Positions 59,101 through 64,000 of a stretch of 64,000 bases of DNA are shown here, one piece after another. The translations under genes were made by a program, and so were the position numbers. This stretch comes from Leucoraja ocellata (lineage: Eukaryota): the NCBI GenBank assembly GCA_036785375.1, contig JAWMAR010002535.1, positions 62,001 through 126,000 on the forward strand. The letters run 5' to 3'. Every line of letters starts with the position of its first letter. The first letter of the stretch is position 1. The notes under the pieces are model-generated. The model had not been told where the DNA came from and did not search any database. It worked only from the letters and a program-made list of their open reading frames with translations.

Positions 59101-62081
59101 GTGAAAAGCTTTCGTTTTTTCTGGCACTGTGAAGCAGCAGCCTGTCCAGCTCTTTTGAATAATAGTTGAATTTTTTAAAGAGTAAAAATGCTTGCATTCT
59201 TCACACAATTTAATTCCCATCAGCATCTAGAGATACATCCACAGAATTTTTTCTGCACTAATTTCCAGCAACAACATTTAAACATTCAGTTTCCCATGCA
59301 GTAAATACAGACGTTTACATGTGGGTGGTTTAGGAATCAAATCTTTCAGTTTCTGCTTGGCCCTCAATTACTTTTTAGTTTAGTTTTAAATAAATCTCCA
59401 AATTTCTACAGAGGTAATTGTTCTTAATTTGATTCAAGCAAAAATTAGAATTTAAAAAAAATCTTGAAAAACTAGGAGAACAAATTGGACCAACTTAAGA
59501 TGCACATAATGCTGGAGTAACTCAGCGCGACAGGCAGCATCTCTGGAGAGAAGGAATGGTGACGTTTCAGATCTAGACCCTTCTTCAGACTGCTTCATAA
59601 CACACCAAGATATGGTTCAGATATTCCAAAGATCACATCTGTACCCAAACGGATCTGTTTTGCACGGCAAGGCAAAGAATTTCTTTGCAAGTGGCAACCA
59701 GAACTGCTGATACCTTTAATTTCTTAAACAAATCTAATGCTCATGAATACCGGAGGTTGCAGTAACCATCTAAGGAAAATATATTTTCATTACAAAACTC
59801 GATTTCCTTTGTTCGAAAAAGTTACAATCTCATCAAAATTTAAAGCCAAATTTATACTTGCAGAATGTTTGCTGGAGACCTTGTTTAATATCTTAAGTGC
59901 AAACTATTAGGTGTACTACATTTTTTCTACACAAGCCATATCAAGTAATCTCCTGCACTGCATCCAGTGTTCCCAATGTGGCCTCCTGCACTGCATCCAG
60001 TGTTCCCAATGTGGCCTCCTGTACAACGTAGAGACAAAAACATAGACCCAGTGACCGTTTCGCTGAAGACGTGCGCTCGGTCCGCCAAGACCTACTGGAT
60101 CGCCCGACTGTTAAACATTTTAACTTCCCTTCCCAGTCCCGCACTGACTTCTGTCCTGGGGCTACACACACTCGAGGAACAGCACCTCATTATCTGCTTG
60201 GGTAGCTCAACCCAACAGAATTAACTTGAATTCCCCAATTTTAGGTAACCTTTAACAGATATCCCCCTTCCCCTGTGCCTCACCTGGGACTCTCTATTTC
60301 TCCCTCCTCCTGCTATTCTCCTCACATTTCACAATCTACAACTCTTGAAACCTTCTGCTCTTATCTCTGGTCTTTGTTCCCACCGTCTGCCTATCAAATC
60401 CACTCTTGCCTATGTCCACCTATCACCTGCCCAGCTTTGTCCTGCCTCCCCCCCACCCCCCCATCAGCCTGAAGGGTCGACATTGCAGTCTACCCGAAAT
60501 GTCACCCATCCATGTTCTGCAGAGATACTGCCTGAGTTACTCCAGCACATTGTGTCCTTTTGTGTATTAAACAGCGTCTGCAGTTCTTCATTACTATATC
60601 AAGTAACACAATGCAAAATAAAGGATTAGATACTTACACCGTTGATATGAAGTGTAACAGGAGATATTCAGCTGCCAGACTGTCCCCAGTAACACGTGTG
60701 TAAGAAAGCCAAGCAACTCCGCTCTGACTGTTGATAATTCAGGCAGGATGTTTGTGATCACTAGAAAAAATGACCAGGCAAAAAGACTTAGTCACACCAA
60801 GCACCCCTTCCCCCATCGCCTCATGCTTGATAAGGAGATATTTGTACATTTTAAAATGCAAGCAATTCAATACTACACCACAATTAATTTCTAATTATTA
60901 CCCCCACCCAGAAGTTTGCTCCAGCATTTTGAACTCCTGACCTCAAGTACTCCTGTCAATAATGCAGGAACAGAGACTAATTTAATTGAGTTCAGAGATA
61001 GTGTGGAAACCAGTCCATGCTGAACATCATCACTAGTTCAATGTTATTCCACTTTCGTACCCTACACACTAGGGGCAATTTGCAGAAGCCGATTAACCTA
61101 CAGACCTGCACGTCTTTGGGATGTTGGAGGAAAACGGAGCACCCGGAGGAAAACCCACATGGAGAAGGTACAAACTCGGCACTGCCAGCACCCGAGGTCA
61201 GGATCAAACCCAGGTCCTGGCGCTGTGCCACCGTGCTGCCCTTCCGACATGGATGTGTGAATTATCTATGGACTTGGACCAACAGTGACCATTGTTAAGG
61301 TTTGTAGCACTGTGGTGCAGAAAGACTTTGTGGACAACGAAATGAGACTCCTACCATATTTATACAAATTGTGTACCATCAACATGGTACTCGTTACAGA
61401 CAAAGTGCCCAACATGTGAGATTCCGACTGCTGACTCACAGCCGCCCTGGCATACCAATCCTTCCCATACTCATTTTTGCATTCAAAATGAAAACCATTG
61501 GAAAAGTACTTGTTCCCCTGACAAGATACACAGCAATGTCCGGGTGTTGTATATTTATCATTAACTCTGCAACTTCAAATGTCACCATTTTTGGAAAGCA
61601 ATTGCTCAAATCCTTCCAATAAACTAATTGTGTTTTTTTTTTAAAGGCGGTGTGTTGTACTCTGTACCATTCCCCATGAGCAATTGTTTCAGAGTCCAGC
61701 ATCCCTTCTAACCCAAGGCCACTTTATAACCCATGATCAGGCTATTGATTGCATCTTCAGCCGATGGCTGATTTCAGCTTGGGTCTCATATTGTGATAAA
61801 CATCATTCATTATCGTTTCCAAAGTGAAAGGCCTGTCTGTGACATGTTCTGGAGGTGCGCAGTGACGATGAATAATAAAGCCAAGCTGAGAGATGAACTC
61901 ACAGTCCTGGTTTTCTTTATCGTTCAGGGTGAGAGGAAGGAGCGGATTAACGTGCTGCAGTTTGCGAGTTACAATGGCATGAAGCCTTGGAACCAAGGAG
62001 GGCGGCGGACTGTGAACACGCTGTTCTTCCATGGTGTCCATACACTCGGTCGGATCCAAGATCGACAAACCACCCTTTGAA
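50052..62081 (-). CDS. MCMBP: Mini-chromosome maintenance complex-binding protein (MCMBP), spliced gene model, 5'-incomplete; human exons 9-16
   Basis: Eight GT-AG exons translating to MCMBP (EEQRVHSPP..., [10 protein letters not shown]..., WQKVDYDF..., [11 protein letters not shown]...VNGNEP*); tail-to-tail with INPP5F as in human; one apparent 1-nt frameshift in exon 10. Confidence 0.96.
50290..50580 (+). mobile_element. HE1-type V-SINE
   Basis: ggcggcacagtggcgcaacggcagagttgctg..(ctaaa)n tail. Confidence 0.85.
50715..50980 (+). mobile_element. HE1-type V-SINE nested in a CR1 3' fragment
   Basis: Consensus match; CR1 sequence on both sides (50630-51060). Confidence 0.75.
51700..52115. mobile_element. 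Nested palindromic cluster of Penelope terminal repeats
   Basis: 51736-51865 inverted vs 51955-52085; 51886-51930 inverted vs 52069-52113. Confidence 0.75.
52812..52900 (-). CDS. MCMBP: MCMBP exon 15
   Basis: ttccag|GCA...AG|gtaggc; [29 protein letters not shown]. Confidence 0.95.
52985..53149 (-). CDS. MCMBP: MCMBP exon 14
   Basis: ttgcag|TCT...AAG|gtattt; [20 protein letters not shown]...[10 protein letters not shown]. Confidence 0.95.
53600..54272 (-). mobile_element. Old CR1 LINE 3' fragment
   Basis: [24 protein letters not shown]. Confidence 0.7.
54273..55055 (-). mobile_element. Penelope 3' fragment (GIY-YIG region) flanked by inverted terminal repeats
   Basis: Minus [46 protein letters not shown]; 54273-54480 is the approximate reverse complement of 54880-55055. 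Confidence 0.88.
54967..54994 (+). ncRNA. Minimal hammerhead ribozyme core in Penelope terminal repeat
   Basis: CTGAAGA-A-GGGTC(TC)GACCC-GAAACGTC. Confidence 0.6.
55266..56432 (-). mobile_element. CR1/HER1-type LINE, 5'-truncated, young
   Basis: ORFs [37 protein letters not shown] and [43 protein letters not shown]; (CTATGTTT)n tail. Confidence 0.93.
56695..56828 (-). CDS. MCMBP: MCMBP exon 13
   Basis: tcacag|GA...CCG|gtacgt; [44 protein letters not shown]. Confidence 0.95.
57002..57377. mobile_element. Tc1/mariner (pogo/Tigger-like) MITE
   Basis: TIRs CAGGTCCACCACCGATTT / AAATCGGTGGTGGAACTG; TA on the left flank. Confidence 0.75.
57550..58100 (-). mobile_element. HE1-type V-SINE interrupted by a + strand CR1 3' fragment (57641-57952)
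   Basis: gaagccaatta|...|tacaaacc; insert encodes [36 protein letters not shown]. Confidence 0.82.
58215..58380 (-). CDS. MCMBP: MCMBP exon 12
   Basis: gaatag|TCC...ACAG|gtcaga; [55 protein letters not shown]. Confidence 0.95.
58649..58766 (-). CDS. MCMBP: MCMBP exon 11
   Basis: ttgcag|G...TCA|gtaagt; [39 protein letters not shown]. Confidence 0.95.
58815..59140 (-). mobile_element. HE1-type V-SINE
   Basis: Reverse-complement consensus match. Confidence 0.8.
59945..60590 (+). mobile_element. Degraded Penelope 3' fragment with an internal 33-bp tandem duplication
   Basis: tgcatccagtgttcccaatgtggcctcctg x2; gaggaacagcacctcat; ends in gagttactccagcac...tctgcagttc terminal repeat. Confidence 0.75.
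60638..60760 (-). CDS. MCMBP: MCMBP exon 10 (apparent 1-nt deletion at 60684-60687)
   Basis: ttctag|TG...GT|gtaagt; [26 protein letters not shown]/fs/[16 protein letters not shown]; 123 nt, but flanking phases need 3n+1 (124). Confidence 0.92.
60990..61240 (-). mobile_element. HE1-type V-SINE
   Basis: Reverse-complement consensus match. Confidence 0.82.
61903..62081 (-). CDS. MCMBP: MCMBP exon 9
   Basis: ctttag|T...GACT|gtgagt; [49 protein letters not shown]...; acceptor choice inferred from the polypyrimidine tract and expected phase. Confidence 0.9.
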
Positions 62082-62457
62082 CTAAAGAGAAAGGAGAGGG
62101 AACATTACATACACCAACTATCATCTTAAACAAAACTAATCTGTGTGCTTAAGATGTATTTTTCATTTTGTTTGCACGATAACTGCAACACATTGTGTAA
62201 TTGAGGCAAATCATAATTCTTTCCTTTGACTTCACAGCAGGGTGGAGATTATACGGTGTGAACACAATCGCTACTAAAAATGCAAAAATTCAGCAAACAA
62301 TGACCCCTTTCATTCCGTAGCTAAACATAACATGATTAGTTTAAAGATAAGAGCATGGAAACTGGCCCACGCTGACCATCGATCACCATTCGCACTATTT
62401 ATTTCTCTTTTCTCATTCACTCCACCTAACACTAATGCAATTTTACAGAGACCAATT

Positions 62458-63133
62458 TATTTTTTTAAATGTTATTTATTAGAAGTACAACTTCATTTTT
62501 TTTCAAAGAGAGAAATGAGAAAGAAAGAGATAATAGAGTAGAAAACACGTGTACTGTGTATAAAAAAAGATAGTGAGGAAGAGAAATAAGAAAGAAGAAA
62601 GAGCAGGAGAGAGGTTAACAAATAGGCGATAGGAGATGAGTTTTTATACTGTTGATCATCTTCACCCAGACCTGAAACAATTGTTTTTACGATACTGTTG
62701 CACCACATGAATCCAAGAAGTCAATAATGGAGACCAACTCGTTAAGAATTGGTCTTTACAAATTTTGAGCTTGGTATAGTTGTATTTTCCCAAAATTTAA
62801 GTATGAGTTTTTTTTGCTTTTATTAACCCATAATTAAAAAATGAATTTTGTGCATATGTTTAATTTGTCCCGTCTCCCGTTACTCCAAATATAATCATTT
62901 CAGTATTAGGTTCCATTTTTGTCAAATAAATTTGTGAATATATATAAAATATCACACCAAAATTTATGAAATTTTATACAGGAAACAAAAGAATGTGTAA
63001 TATTGGCATTTTGAGAGACATTTATCACAAATGGGAGAAATATTTGGGTAAAATATATTCAGCCTAATTTTTGAATAATATAGTCTATGTAGCATTTTGA
63101 ATTGAATTAAGTTGTGTCTTGAATTAATAGATG

Positions 63134-63226
<93 letters not shown>

Positions 63227-63520
63227 ATACTTTTCCATGTTTCTTTTGAAATTTTTATCATTAATTCTCGTTCCCAATCTTCTCCAAGCGCCTCTGTTGG
63301 TGGTAATTCTCTATTTAAAATACTGTTATATAGATATGATATTAATTTTTGTGAGTCAGCCTTAATAGTCATGGCTTCTTCAATGGATCAAAAATTATAA
63401 ACAAAATCTTTGTATATATTTCTTCATGAAATCACATATCTGTAGATATTTAAAATATTGGTTGTCATTCAGTTTAAATTTTAATTTTAATTGTTGAAAT
63501 GCTAACAGATTTCCCATTTC
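62458..63520 (-). mobile_element. 5'-truncated L1/Tx1-type LINE inserted in a SINE, 14-bp TSD
   Basis: WERELMIKISKETW, then HNLIQFK.LHRLYYS..PICDKC..THSFVSC (CCHC region); A-rich tail; TACAGAGACCAATT at 62444-62457 and 63521-63534. Confidence 0.85.
63140..63221. repeat. (TA)n microsatellite
   Basis: About 40 perfect TA units inside the L1 fragment. Confidence 0.97.
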
Positions 63521-64000
63521 TACAGAGACCAATTAACCTGCAAACTGTCTTTGGGATGTGGGAGGAAACCAGAACACCCGGAGGGAAACCCACGTGGATA
63601 CAGGGAGAATGTGAAAACTCCACACTGTCAGCACCAGAGGTTCAAGATTGACCCCAGGCCTCTACCATCGGTGCCACCCATTCTGTATTCTATACTTCAG
63701 CTGTAAAAAGGAATCAGGGATACTTCTGTCCACCGGCACCTCACGTAGCAATGAGTTGTCCACAACGGCTGCCTCATGACATCATATACCTGTAACCGAG
63801 AGCATTGCTGTTTTGGGAAACTGACCCAACCGCAGTAATGACACCCAAAGGTCCGGTGCAGAGTCACAGCCCGTGGGGACTGGCATCGTGGGGGCAGGGC
63901 GAGCGGTGCGCCTGCTCAGCGAGTCATCCGACCAGCCGGATCCTACAGTCTCCATCATTGCATTCAGCTTGATGCAATGCGTGGTGGAAGCTGCTGCCAG

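Noticed and set aside
50052-62081. MCMBP as a pseudogene
   Set aside because: A single homopolymer indel with all other exons and splice sites intact; a sequencing error is more parsimonious
63131-63400. ORFs with (YI)n
   Set aside because: Artefact of the (TA)n microsatellite
63690-64000. GC-rich stretch as possible MCMBP exon 8
   Set aside because: I could not read the expected VYEDW...SVDP peptide or splice sites; that exon probably lies beyond the window

Overview
Vertebrate genomic DNA, most likely a cartilaginous fish (skate/ray); the species assignment is inferred from the HE1-type SINE, CR1/HER1 LINE and Penelope repeat content. Two convergent spliced genes were reconstructed by reading splice sites and comparing with the human proteins from memory. 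INPP5F/SAC2 is on + with 16 coding exons (2467-42332, human exons 5-20, frame intact, CX5R motif CMDCLDRT). MCMBP is on - with 8 coding exons (50052-62081, human exons 9-16) and has an apparent 1-nt deletion in a G run of exon 10. Introns and the intergenic spacer are filled with V-SINEs, CR1, L1, Rex-Babar and RTE-like LINE fragments, MITEs, a probable ERV LTR, and many Penelope fragments whose terminal repeat carries a minimal hammerhead-ribozyme core, often as fold-back palindromes. The most notable observations are the hammerhead-bearing repeats, a decayed duplicate of part of INPP5F exon 15, a perfect 30-bp hairpin, the antisense LTR and the MCMBP frameshift. I found no convincing wholly new biological system. 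Repeat boundaries are approximate unless a TSD or TIR is quoted.
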